NCBI GenBank assembly: GCA_964057225.1
Contig: OZ059899.1
Span: 20,026,001 to 20,090,000 of the forward strand
Origin: Auanema rhodensis
Taxonomy: Eukaryota; Animalia; Nematoda
Reading direction: 5' to 3'
DNA length: 64,000 nt
Shown: one piece after another, positions 40,801 to 54,700 of the stretch
Numbering within the stretch: the first letter of the stretch is position 1
How the letters are laid out: each line of letters begins with the position of its first letter
Notes under the pieces: generated by a model
Database searches by the model: none
The model's input: only the letters and a program-made list of their open reading frames with translations
Told to the model about the DNA's origin: nothing
Program-made: the position numbers and the translations under genes

Positions 40801-43800
40801 AAATCCGCATCGAATGCACTATACTACATTGAAAAACGCTTAATACAAAAATTAGTTATGATCGTTTGAAAAATGATGCATTAGTGTATGTTGAGTTTCC
40901 ATGTACACTCAACATTGCTTCCAAAAACATTTTTACAAAAAGTTTTCCGAAAAATTTCAAAATAATTTCGCAAAAAGTAGATGTTTTTAGATTCCTTTTT
41001 TTAAGGCAAAAACGATGGACAATGTTATTCAACGAAAAAATTAATTCTGCAGGGTGAAAATCGAGGATATAAGTGTGAATTTATATCAGTTGATATCTCG
41101 GTGCATTTTTAAGCTAGCGCAAATCTGATAACACAGCTCGACGCAGCTTAAAAATCCGCATCGAATGCACTATACTACATTGAGAAACGCTTAACACAAA
41201 AATTAGTTATGATTGTTTGAAAAATGATGCATTAGTGTATGTTGAGTTTCCATGTACACTCAACATTGCTTCCAAAAACATTTTTACAAAAATTTTTCCG
41301 GAAAATTTCGAAATAATTTCGCAAAAAGTAGATGTTTTCAGATTCCTTTTTTCAAGGCAAAGACGATGGACATTGTTATTCAACGAAAAAATTGATTCTG
41401 CAGGGTGAAAATCGAGGATATAAGTGTGAACTTATATCAGTTGATATCTCGGTGCATTTTTAAGCTAGCGCAAATCTGATAACACAGCTCGACGCAGCTT
41501 AAAAATCCGCATCGAATGCACTATACTACATTGAAAAACGCTTAATACAAAAATTAGTTATGATCGTTTGAAAAATGATGCATTAGTGTATGTTGAGTTT
41601 CCATGTACACTCAACATTGCTTCCAAAAACATTTTTACAAAAATTTTTCCGAAAAATTTCAAAATAATTTCGCAAAAAGTAGATGTTTTTAGATTCCTTT
41701 TTTTAAGGCAAAAACGATGGACAATGTTATTCAACGAAAAAATTAATTCTGCAGGGTGAAAATCGAGGATATAAGTGTGAATTTATATCAGTTGATATCT
41801 CGGTGCATTTTTAAGCTAGCGCAAATCTGATAACACAGATCGACGCAGCTTAAAACTCCGCATCGAATGCACTATACTACATTGAGAAACGCTTGATACA
41901 AAAATTAGTTATGATCGTTTGAAAAAAGATGCATTAGTGTATGTTGAGTTTCCATGTACACTCAACATTGCTTCCAAAAACATTTTGACAAAAATTTTTC
42001 CAAAAAATTTCAAAATAATTTCGCAAAAAGTAGATGTTTTTAGATTCCTTTTTTCAAGGCAAAGACGATGGACATTGTTATTCAACGAAAAAATTGATTC
42101 TGCAGGGTGAAAATCGAGGATATAAGTGTGAACTTATATCAGTTGATATCTCGGTGCATTTTTAAGCTAGCGCAAATCTGATAACACAGATCGACGCAGC
42201 TTAAAAATCCGCATCGAATGCACTATACAACATTGAGAAACGCTTAACACAAAAATTAGTTATGATTGTTTGAAAAATGATGCATTAGTGTATGTTGAGT
42301 TTCCATGTACACTCAACATTGCTTCCAAAAACATTTTTACAAAAATTTTTCCGGAAAATTTCGAAATAATTTCGCAAAAAGTAGATGTTTTCAGATTCCT
42401 TTTTTCAAGGCAAAGACGATGGACATTGTTATTCAACGAAAAAATTGATTCTGCAGGGTGAAAATCGAGGATATAAGTGTGAACTTATATCAGTTGATAT
42501 CTCGGTGCATTTTTAAGCTAGCGCAAATCTGATAACACAGATCGACGCAGCTTAAAAATCCGCATCGAATGCACTATACTTCATTGAGAAACGCTTGATA
42601 CAAAAATTAGTTATGATCGTTTGAAAAAAGATGCATTAGTGTATGTTGAGTTTCCATGTACACTCAACATTGCTTCCAAAAACATTTTGACAAAAATTTT
42701 TCCAAAAAATTTCAAAATAATTTCGCAAAAAGTAAATGTTTTAAGATTCCTTTCTCCAAGGCGAAGACGATGGACAAAGTTATTCAACGAAAAAATTAAT
42801 TCTGCAGGGTGAAAATCGAGGATATAAGTGTGAACTTATATCAGTTGATATCTCGGTGCATTTTTAAGCTAGCGCAAATCTGATAACACAGATCGACGCA
42901 GCTTAAAAATCCGCATCGAATGCACTATACAACATTGAGAAACGCTTAACACAAAAATTAGTTATGATCGTTTGAAAAATGATGCATTAGTGTATGTTGA
43001 GTTTCCATGTACACTCAACATTGCTTCCAAAAACATTTTTACAAAAATTTTTCCGAAAAATTTCGAAATAATTTCGCAAAAAGTAGATGTTTTTAGATTC
43101 CTTTTTTCAAGGCAAAGACGATGGACATTGTTATTCAACGAAAAAATTGATTCTGCAGGGTGAAAATCGAGGATATAAGTGTGAACTTATATCAGTTGAT
43201 ATCTCGGTGCATTTTTAAGCTAGCGCAAATCTGATAACACAGATCGACGCAGCTTAAAAATCCGCATCGAATGCACTATACAACATTGAGAAACGCTTAA
43301 CACAAAAATTAGTTATGATTGTTTGAAAAATGATGCATTAGTGTATGTTGAGTTTCCATGTACACTCAACATTGCTTCCAAAAACATTTTTACAAAAATT
43401 TTTCCGAAAAATTTCAAAATAATTTCGCAAAAAGTAGATGTTTTTAGATTCCTTTTTTTAAGGCAAAGACGATGGACAATGTTATTCAACGAAAAAATTA
43501 ATTCTGCAGGGTGAAAATCGAGGATATAAGTGTGAATTTATATCAGTTGATATCTCGGTGCATTTTTAAGCTAGCGCAAATCTGATAACACAGATCGACG
43601 CAGCTTAAAAATCCGCATCGAATGCACTATACTACATTGAGAAACGCTTAATACAAAAATTAGTTATGATCGTTTGAAAAAAGATGCATTAGTGTATGTT
43701 GAGTTTCCATGTACACTCAACATTGCTTCCAAAAACATTTTGACAAAAATTTTTCCAAAAAATTTCAAAATAATTTCGCAAAAAGTAAATGTTTTTAGAT

Positions 43801-43865
43801 TCCTTTCTCCAAGGCAAAGACGATGGACAATGTTATTCAACGAAAAAATTAATTCTGCAGGGTGA
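13839..43865. repeat. Central sub-array with degenerate 13/14-monomer higher-order repeat
   Basis: The tccgga ('PEN') variant is confined to 13839..42461. The order of monomer variants repeats at 4563 bp (14190->18753) and 4914 bp (37707->42621). Confidence 0.75.
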
Positions 43866-45779
43866 AAATCGAGGATATAAGTGTGAACTTATATCAGTTG
43901 ATATCTCGGTGCATTTTTAAGCTAGCGCAAATCTGATAACACAGATCGACGCAGCTTAAAAATCCGCATCGAATGCACTATACTACATTGAAAAACGCTT
44001 AATACAAAAATTAGTTATGATCGTTTGAAAAAAGATGCATTAGTGTATGTTGAGTTTCCATGTACACTCAACATTGCTTCCAAAAACATTTTGACAAAAA
44101 TTTTTCCGAAAAATTTCGAAATAATTTCGCAAAAAGTAGATGTTTTTAGATTCCTTTTTTCAAGGCAAAGACGATGGACATTGTTATTCAACGAAAAAAT
44201 TGATTCTGCAGGGTGAAAATCGAGGATATAAGTGTGAACTTATATCAGTTGATATCTCGGTGCATTTTTAAGCTAGCGCAAATCTGATAACACAGATCGA
44301 CGCAGCTTAAAAATCCGCATCGAATTCACTATACAACATTGAGAAACGCTTAACACAAAAATTAGTTATGATCGTTTGAAAAATGATGCATTAGTGTATG
44401 TTGAGTTTCCATGTACACTCAACATTGCTTCCAAAAACATTTTGACAAAAATTTTTCCGAAAAATTTCGAAATAATTTCGCAAAAAGTAGATGTTTTCAG
44501 ATTCCTTTTTTCAAGGCAAAGACGATGGACATTGTTATTCAACGAAAAAATTGATTCTGCAGGGTGAAAATCGAGGATATAAGTGTGAACTTATATCAGT
44601 TGATATCTCGGTGCATTTTTAAGCTAGCGCAAATCTGATAACACAGATCGACGCAGCTTAAAAATCCGCATCGAATGCACTATACAACATTGAGAAACGC
44701 TTAACACAAAAATTAGTTATGATCGTTTGAAAAATGATGCATTAGTGTATGTTGAGTTTCCATGTACACTCAACATTGCTTCCAAAAACATTTTGACAAA
44801 AATTTTTCCGAAAAATTTCGAAATAATTTCGCAAAAAGTAGATGTTTTCAGATTCCTTTTTTCAAGGCAAAGACGATGGACATTGTTATTCAACGAAAAA
44901 ATTGATTCTGCAGGGTGAAAATCGAGGATATAAGTGTGAACTTATATCAGTTGATATCTCGGTGCATTTTTAAGCTAACGCAAATCTAATAACACAGATC
45001 GACGCAGCTTAAAAATCCGCATCGAATGCACTATACAACATTGAGAAACGCTTAACACAAAAATTAGTTATGATTGTTTGAAAAATGATGCATTAGTGTA
45101 TGTTGAGTTTCCATGTACACTCAACATTGCTTCCAAAAACATTTTTACAAAAATTTTTCCGAAAAATTTCAAAATAATTTCGCAAAAAGTAGATGTTTTT
45201 AGATTCCTTTTTTTAAGGCAAAGACGATGGACAATGTTATTCAACGAAAAAATTAATTCTGCAGGGTGAAAATCGAGGATATAAGTGTGAATTTATATCA
45301 GTTGATATCTCGGTGCATTTTTAAGCTAGCGCAAATCTGATAACACAGATCGACGCAGCTTAAAAATCCGCATCGAATGCACTATACTACATTGAGAAAC
45401 GCTTGATAAAAAAATTAGTTATGATCGTTTGAAAAAAGATGCATTAGTGTATGTTGAGTTTCCATGTACACTCAACATTGCTTCCAAAAACATTTTGACA
45501 AAAATTTTTCCAAAAAATTTCAAAATAATTTCGCAAAAAGTAAATGTTTTTAGATTCCTTTCTCCAAGGCAAAGACGATGGACAATGTTATTCAACGAAA
45601 AAATTAATTCTGCAGGGTGAAAATCGAGGATATAAGTGTGAACTTATATCAGTTGATATCTCGGTGCATTTTTAAGCTAGCGCAAATCTGATAACACAGA
45701 TCGACGCAGCTTAAAAATCCGCATCGAATGCACTATACTACATTAAAAAACGCTTAATACAAAAATTAGTTATGATCGT

Positions 45780-48700
45780 TTGAAAAAAGATGCATTAGTG
45801 TATGTTGAGTTTCCATGTACACTCAACATTGCTTCCAAAAACATTTTGACAAAAATTTTTCCGAAAAATTTCGAAATAATTTCGCAAAAAGTAGATGTTT
45901 TTAGATTCCTTTTTTCAAGGCAAAGACGATGGACATTGTTATTCAACGAAAAAATTGATTCTGCAGGGTGAAAATCGAGGATATAAGTGTGAACTTATAT
46001 CAGTTGATATCTCGGTGCATTTTTAAGCTAGCGCAAATCTGATAACACAGATCGACGCAGCTTAAAAATCCGCATCGAATTTACTATACAACATTGAGAA
46101 ACGCTTAACACAAAAATTAGTTATGATCGTTTGAAAAATGATGCATTAGTGTATGTTGAGTTTCCATGTACACTCAACATTGCTTCCAAAAACATTTTGA
46201 CAAAAATTTTTCCGAAAAATTTCGAAATAATTTCGCAAAAAGTAGATGTTTTCAGATTCCTTTTTTCAAGGCAAAGACGATGGACATTGTTATTCAACGA
46301 AAAAATTGATTCTGCAGGGTGAAAATCGAGGATATAAGTGTGAACTTATATCAGTTGATATCTCGGTGCATTTTTAAGCTAGCGCAAATCTGATAACACA
46401 GATCGACGCAGCTTAAAAATCCGCATCGAATGCACTATACAACATTGAGAAACGCTTAACACAAAAATTAGTTATGATCGTTTGAAAAATGATGCATTAG
46501 TGTATGTTGAGTTTCCATGTACACTCAACATTGCTTCCAAAAACATTTTGACAAAAATTTTTCCGAAAAATTTCGAAATAATTTCGCAAAAAGTAGATGT
46601 TTTCAGATTCCTTTTTTCAAGGCAAAGACGATGGACATTGTTATTCAACGAAAAAATTGATTCTGCAGGGTGAAAATCGAGGATATAAGTGTGAACTTAT
46701 ATCAGTTGATATCTCGGTGCATTTTTAAGCTAACGCAAATCTAATAACACAGATCGACGCAGCTTAAAAATCCGCATCGAATGCACTATACAACATTGAG
46801 AAACGCTTAATACAAAAATTAGTTATAATCGTTTGAAAAATGATGCATTAGTGTATGTTGAGTTTCCATGTACACTCAACATTGCTTCCAAAAACATTTT
46901 GACAAAAATTTTTCCGAAAAATTTCGAGATAATTTCGCGAAAAGTAGATGTTTTTAGATTCCTTTTTTCAAGGCAAAGACGATGGACATTGTTATTCAAC
47001 GAAAAAATTGATTCTGCAGGGTGAAAATCGAGGATATAAGTGTGAACTTATATCAGTTGATATCTCGGTGCATTTTTAAGCTAGCTCAAATCTAATAACA
47101 CAGATCGACGCAGCTTAAAAATTCGCATCGAATGCACTATACTGCATTGAGAAACGCTTAATACAAAAGTTAGTTATGATCGTTTGAAAAAAGATGCATT
47201 AGTGTATGTTGAGTTTCCATGTACACTCAACATTGCTTCCAAAAACATTTTTACAAAAATTTTTCCGAAAAATTTCGAAATAATTTCGCAAAAAGTAGAT
47301 GTTTTTAGATTCCTTTTTTCAAGGCAAAGACGATGGACATTGTTATTCAACAAAAAAATTGATTCTGCAGGGTGAAAATCGAGGATATAAGTGTGAACTT
47401 ATATCAGTTGATATCTCGGTGCATTTTTAAGCTAGCGCAAATCTGATAACACAGATCGACGCAGCTTAAAAATCCGCATCGAATGCACTATACAACATTG
47501 AGAAACGCTTAACACAAAAATTAGTTATGATCGTTTGAAAAATGATGCATTAGTGTATGTTGAGTTTCCATGTACACTCAACATTGCTTCCAAAAACATT
47601 TTGACAAAAATTTTTCCGAAAAATTTCGAAATAATTTTGCAAAAAGTAGATGTTTTCAAATTCCTTTTTTCAAGGCAAAGACGATGGACATTGTTATTCA
47701 ACGAAAAAATTGATTCTGCAGGGTGAAAATCGAGGATATAAGTGTGAACTTATATCAGTTGATATCTCGGTGCATTTTTAAGTTAGCGCAAATCTGATAA
47801 CACAGCTCGACGCAGCTTAAAAATCCGCATCGAATGCACTATACAACATTGAGAAACGCTTAATACAAAAATTAGTTATAATCGTTTGAAAAATGATGCA
47901 TTAGTGTATGTTGAGTTTCCATGTACACTCAACATTGCTTCCAAAAACATTTTTACAAAAATTTTTCCGAAAAATTTCGAAATAATTTCGCAAAAAGTAG
48001 ATGTTTTTAGATTCCTTTTTTCAAGGCAAAGACGATGGACATTGTTATTCAACGAAAAAATTGATTCTGCAGGGTGAAAATCGAGGATATAAGTGTGAAC
48101 TTATATCAGTTGATATCTCGGTGCATTTTTAAGCTAGCGCAAATCTGATAACACAGATCGACGCAGCTTAAAAATCCGCATCGAATGCACTATACTACAT
48201 TGAAAAACGCTTAATACAAAAATTAGTTATGATCGTTTGAAAAAAGATGCATTAGTGTATGTTGAGTTTCCATGTACACTCAACATTGCTTCCAAAAACA
48301 TTTTGACAAAAATTTTTCCGAAAAATTTCGAAATAATTTCGCAAAAAGTAGATGTTTTTAGATTCCTTTTTTCAAGGCAAAGACGATGGACATTGTTATT
48401 CAACGAAAAAATTGATTCTGCAGGGTGAAAATCGAGGATATAAGTGTGAACTTATATCAGTTGATATCTCGGTGCATTTTTAAGCTAGCGCAAATCTGAT
48501 AACACAGATCGACGCAGCTTAAAAATCCGCATCGAATTTACTATACAACATTGAGAAACGCTTAACACAAAAATTAGTTATGATCGTTTGAAAAATGATG
48601 CATTAGTGTATGTTGAGTTTCCATGTACACTCAACATTGCTTCCAAAAACATTTTGACAAAAATTTTTCCGAAAAATTTCGAAATAATTTCGCAAAAAGT

Positions 48701-51700
48701 AGATGTTTTCAGATTCCTTTTTTCAAGGCAAAGACGATGGACATTGTTATTCAACGAAAAAATTGATTCTGCAGGGTGAAAATCGAGGATATAAGTGTGA
48801 ACTTATATCAGTTGATATCTCGGTGCATTTTTAAGCTAGCGCAAATCTGATAACACAGATCGACGCAGCTTAAAAATCCGCATCGAATGCACTATACAAC
48901 ATTGAGAAACGCTTAACACAAAAATTAGTTATGATCGTTTGAAAAATGATGCATTAGTGTATGTTGAGTTTCCATGTACACTCAACATTGCTTCCAAAAA
49001 CATTTTGACAAAAATTTTTTCGAAAAATTTCGAAATAATTTCGCAAAAAGTAGATGTTTTCAGATTCCTTTTTTCAAGGCAAAGACGATGGACATTGTTA
49101 TTCAACGAAAAAATTGATTCTGCAGGGTGAAAATCGAGGATATAAGTGTGAACTTATATCAGTTGATATCTCGGTGCATTTTTAAGCTAACGCAAATCTA
49201 ATAACACAGATCGACGCAGCTTAAAAATCCGCATCGAATGCACTATACAACATTGAGAAACGCTTAATACAAAAATTAGTTATAATCGTTTGAAAAATGA
49301 TGCATTAGTGTATGTTGAGTTTCCATGTACACTCAACATTGCTTCCAAAAACATTTTGACAAAAATTTTTCCGAAAAATTTCGAGATAATTTCGCGAAAA
49401 GTAGATGTTTTTAGATTCCTTTTTTCAAGGCAAAGACGATGGACATTGTTATTCAACGAAAAAATTGATTCTGCAGGGTGAAAATCGAGGATATAAGTGT
49501 GAACTTATATCAGTTGATATCTCGGTGCATTTTTAAGCTAGCTCAAATCTAATAACACAGATCGACGCAGCTTAAAAATTCGCATCGAATGCACTATACT
49601 GCATTGAGAAACGCTTAATACAAAAGTTAGTTATGATCGTTTGAAAAAAGATGCATTAGTGTATGTTGAGTTTCCATGTACACTCAACATTGCTTCCAAA
49701 AACATTTTTACAAAAATTTTTCCGAAAAATTTCGAAATAATTTCGCAAAAAGTAGATGTTTTTAGATTCCTTTTTTCAAGGCAAAGACGATGGACATTGT
49801 TATTCAACAAAAAAATTGATTCTGCAGGGTGAAAATCGAGGATATAAGTGTGAACTTATATCAGTTGATATCTCGGTGCATTTTTAAGCTAGCGCAAATC
49901 TGATAACACAGCTCGACGCAGCTTAAAAATCCGCATCGAATGCACTATACAACATTGAGAAACGCTTAATACAAAAATTAGTTATAATCGTTTGAAAAAT
50001 GATGCATTAGTGTATGTTGAGTTTCCATGTACACTCAACATTGCTTCCAAAAACATTTTGACAAAAATTTTTCCGAAAAATTTCGAAATAATTTCGCAAA
50101 AAGTAGATGTTTTTAGATTCCTTTTTTCAAGGCAAAGACGATGGACATTGTTATTCAACGAAAAAATTGATTCTGCAGGGTGAAAATCGAGGATATAAGT
50201 GTGAACTTATATCAGTTGATATCTCGGTGCATTTTTAAGCTAGCGCAAATCTGATAACACAGATCGACGCAGCTTAAAAATCCGCATCGAATGCACTATA
50301 CAACATTGAGAAACGCTTAATACAAAAATTAGTTATAATCGTTTGAAAAATGATGCATTAGTGTATGTTGAGTTTCCATGTACACTCAACATTGCTTCCA
50401 AAAACATTTTGACAAAAATTTTTCCAAAAAATTTCAAAATTATTTCGCAAAAAGTAAATGTTTTCAGATTCCTTTCTCCAAGGCAAAGACGATGGACAAT
50501 GTTATTCAACGAAAAAATTAATTCTGCAGGGTGAAAATCGAGGATATAAGTGTGAACTTATATCAGTTGATATCTCGGTGCATTTTTAAGTTAGCGCAAA
50601 TCTGATAACACAGCTCGACGCAGCTTAAAAATCCGCATCGAATGCACTATACAACATTGAGAAACGCTTAATACAAAAATTAGTTATAATCGTTTGAAAA
50701 ATGATGCATTAGTGTATGTTGAGTTTCCATGTACACTCAACATTGCTTCCAAAAACATTTTTACAAAAATTTTTCCGAAAAATTTCGAAATAATTTCGCA
50801 AAAAGTAGATGTTTTTAGATTCCTTTTTTCAAGGCAAAGACGATGGACATTGTTATTCAACGAAAAAATTGATTCTGCAGGGTGAAAATCGAGGATATAA
50901 GTGTGAACTTATATCAGTTGATATCTCGGTGCATTTTTAAGCTAGCGCAAATCTGATAACACAGATCGACGCAGCTTAAAAATCCGCATCGAATGCACTA
51001 TACTACATTGAAAAACGCTTAATACAAAAATTAGTTATGATCGTTTGAAAAAAGATGCATTAGTGTATGTTGAGTTTCCATGTACACTCAACATTGCTTC
51101 CAAAAACATTTTGACAAAAATTTTTCCGAAAAATTTCGAAATAATTTCGCAAAAAGTAGATGTTTTTAGATTCCTTTTTTCAAGGCAAAGACGATGGACA
51201 TTGTTATTCAACGAAAAAATTGATTCTGCAGGGTGAAAATCGAGGATATAAGTGTGAACTTATATCAGTTGATATCTCGGTGCATTTTTAAGCTAGCGCA
51301 AATCTGATAACACAGATCGACGCAGCTTAAAAATCCGCATCGAATTTACTATACAACATTGAGAAACGCTTAACACAAAAATTAGTTATGATCGTTTGAA
51401 AAATGATGCATTAGTGTATGTTGAGTTTCCATGTACACTCAACATTGCTTCCAAAAACATTTTGACAAAAATTTTTCCGAAAAATTTCGAAATAATTTCG
51501 CAAAAAGTAGATGTTTTCAGATTCCTTTCTCCAAGGCAAAGACGATGGACAATGTTATTCAACGAAAAAATTAATTCTGCAGGGTGAAAATCGAGGATAT
51601 AAGTGTGAACTTATATCAGTTGATATCTCGGTGCATTTTTAAGTTAGCGCAAATCTGATAACACAGCTCGACGCAGCTTAAAAATCCGCATCGAATGCAC

Positions 51701-54700
51701 TATACAACATTGAGAAACGCTTAATACAAAAATTAGTTATAATCGTTTGAAAAATGATGCATTAGTGTATGTTGAGTTTCCATGTACACTCAACATTGCT
51801 TCCAAAAACATTTTTACAAAAATTTTTCCGAAAAATTTCGAAATAATTTCGCAAAAAGTAGATGTTTTTAGATTCCTTTTTTCAAGGCAAAGACGATGGA
51901 CATTGTTATTCAACGAAAAAATTGATTCTGCAGGGTGAAAATCGAGGATATAAGTGTGAACTTATATCAGTTGATATCTCGGTGCATTTTTAAGCTAGCG
52001 CAAATCTGATAACACAGATCGACGCAGCTTAAAAATCCGCATCGAATGCACTATACTACATTGAAAAACGCTTAATACAAAAATTAGTTATGATCGTTTG
52101 AAAAAAGATGCATTAGTGTATGTTGAGTTTCCATGTACACTCAACATTGCTTCCAAAAACATTTTGACAAAAATTTTTCCGAAAAATTTCGAAATAATTT
52201 CGCAAAAAGTAGATGTTTTTAGATTCCTTTTTTCAAGGCAAAGACGATGGACATTGTTATTCAACGAAAAAATTGATTCTGCAGGGTGAAAATCGAGGAT
52301 ATAAGTGTGAACTTATATCAGTTGATATCTCGGTGCATTTTTAAGCTAGCGCAAATCTGATAACACAGATCGACGCAGCTTAAAAATCCGCATCGAATTT
52401 ACTATACAACATTGAGAAACGCTTAACACAAAAATTAGTTATGATCGTTTGAAAAATGATGCATTAGTGTATGTTGAGTTTCCATGTACACTCAACATTG
52501 CTTCCAAAAACATTTTGACAAAAATTTTTCCGAAAAATTTCGAAATAATTTCGCAAAAAGTAGATGTTTTCAGATTCCTTTTTTCAAGGCAAAGACGATG
52601 GACATTGTTATTCAACGAAAAAATTGATTCTGCAGGGTGAAAATCGAGGATATAAGTGTGAACTTATATCAGTTGATATCTCGGTGCATTTTTAAGCTAG
52701 CGCAAATCTGATAACACAGATCGACGCAGCTTAAAAATCCGCATCGAATGCACTATACAACATTGAGAAACGCTTAACACAAAAATTAGTTATGATCGTT
52801 TGAAAAATGATGCATTAGTGTATGTTGAGTTTCCATGTACACTCAACATTGCTTCCAAAAACATTTTGACAAAAATTTTTCCGAAAAATTTCGAAATAAT
52901 TTCGCAAAAAGTAGATGTTTTCAGATTCCTTTTTTCAAGGCAAAGACGATGGACATTGTTATTCAACGAAAAAATTGATTCTGCAGGGTGAAAATCGAGG
53001 ATATAAGTGTGAACTTATATCAGTTGATATCTCGGTGCATTTTTAAGCTAGCGCAAATCTGATAACACAGATCGACGCAGCTTAAAAATCCGCATCGAAT
53101 GCACTATACAACATTGAGAAACGCTTAACACAAAAATTAGTTATGATCGTTTGAAAAATGATGCATTAGTGTATGTTGAGTTTCCATGTACACTCAACAT
53201 TGCTTCCAAAAACATTTTGACAAAAATTTTTCCGAAAAATTTCGAAATAATTTCGCAAAAAGTAGATGTTTTCAGATTCCTTTTTTCAAGGCAAAGACGA
53301 TGGACATTGTTATTCAACGAAAAAATTGATTCTGCAGGGTGAAAATCGAGGATATAAGTGTGAACTTATATCAGTTGATATCTCGGTGCATTTTTAAGCT
53401 AGCTCAAATCTAATAACACAGATCGACGCAGCTTAAAAATCCGCATCGAATGCACTATACAACATTGAGAAACGCTTAATACAAAAGTTAGTTATGATCG
53501 TTTGAAAAAAGATGCATTAGTGTATGTTGAGTTTCCATGTACACTCAACATTGCTTCCAAAAACATTTTGACAAAAATTTTTCCGAAAAATTTCGAAATA
53601 ATTTCGCGAAAAGTAGATGTTTTTAGATTCCTTTTTTCAAGGCAAAGACGATGGACATTGTTATTCAACAAAAAAATTGATTCTGCAGGGTGAAAATCGA
53701 GGATATAAGTGTGAACTTATATCAGTTGATATCTCGGTGCATTTTTAAGCTAGCTCAAATCTAATAACACAGATCGACGCAGCTTAAAAATTCGCATCGA
53801 ATGCACTATACTGCATTGAGAAACGCTTAATACAAAAGTTAGTTATGATCGTTTGAAAAAAGATGCATTAGTGTATGTTGAGTTTCCATGTACACTCAAC
53901 ATTGCTTCCAAAAACATTTTTACAAAAATTTTTCCGAAAAATTTCGAAATAATTTCGCAAAAAGTAGATGTTTTTAGATTCCTTTTTTCAAGGCAAAGAC
54001 GATGGACATTGTTATTCAACAAAAAAATTGATTCTGCAGGGTGAAAATCGAGGATATAAGTGTGAACTTATATCAGTTGATATCTCGGTGCATTTTTAAG
54101 TTAGCGCAAATCTGATAACACAGCTCGACGCAGCTTAAAAATCCGCATCGAATGCACTATACAACATTGAGAAACGCTTAATACAAAAATTAGTTATAAT
54201 CGTTTGAAAAATGATGCATTAGTGTATGTTGAGTTTCCATGTACACTCAACATTGCTTCCAAAAACATTTTTACAAAAATTTTTCCGAAAAATTTCGAAA
54301 TAATTTCGCAAAAAGTAGATGTTTTTAGATTCCTTTTTTCAAGGCAAAGACGATGGACATTGTTATTCAACGAAAAAATTGATTCTGCAGGGTGAAAATC
54401 GAGGATATAAGTGTGAACTTATATCAGTTGATATCTCGGTGCATTTTTAAGCTAGCGCAAATCTGATAACACAGATCGACGCAGCTTAAAAATCCGCATC
54501 GAATGCACTATACTACATTGAAAAACGCTTAATACAAAAATTAGTTATGATCGTTTGAAAAAAGATGCATTAGTGTATGTTGAGTTTCCATGTACACTCA
54601 ACATTGCTTCCAAAAACATTTTGACAAAAATTTTTCCGAAAAATTTCGAAATAATTTCGCAAAAAGTAGATGTTTTTAGATTCCTTTTTTCAAGGCAAAG

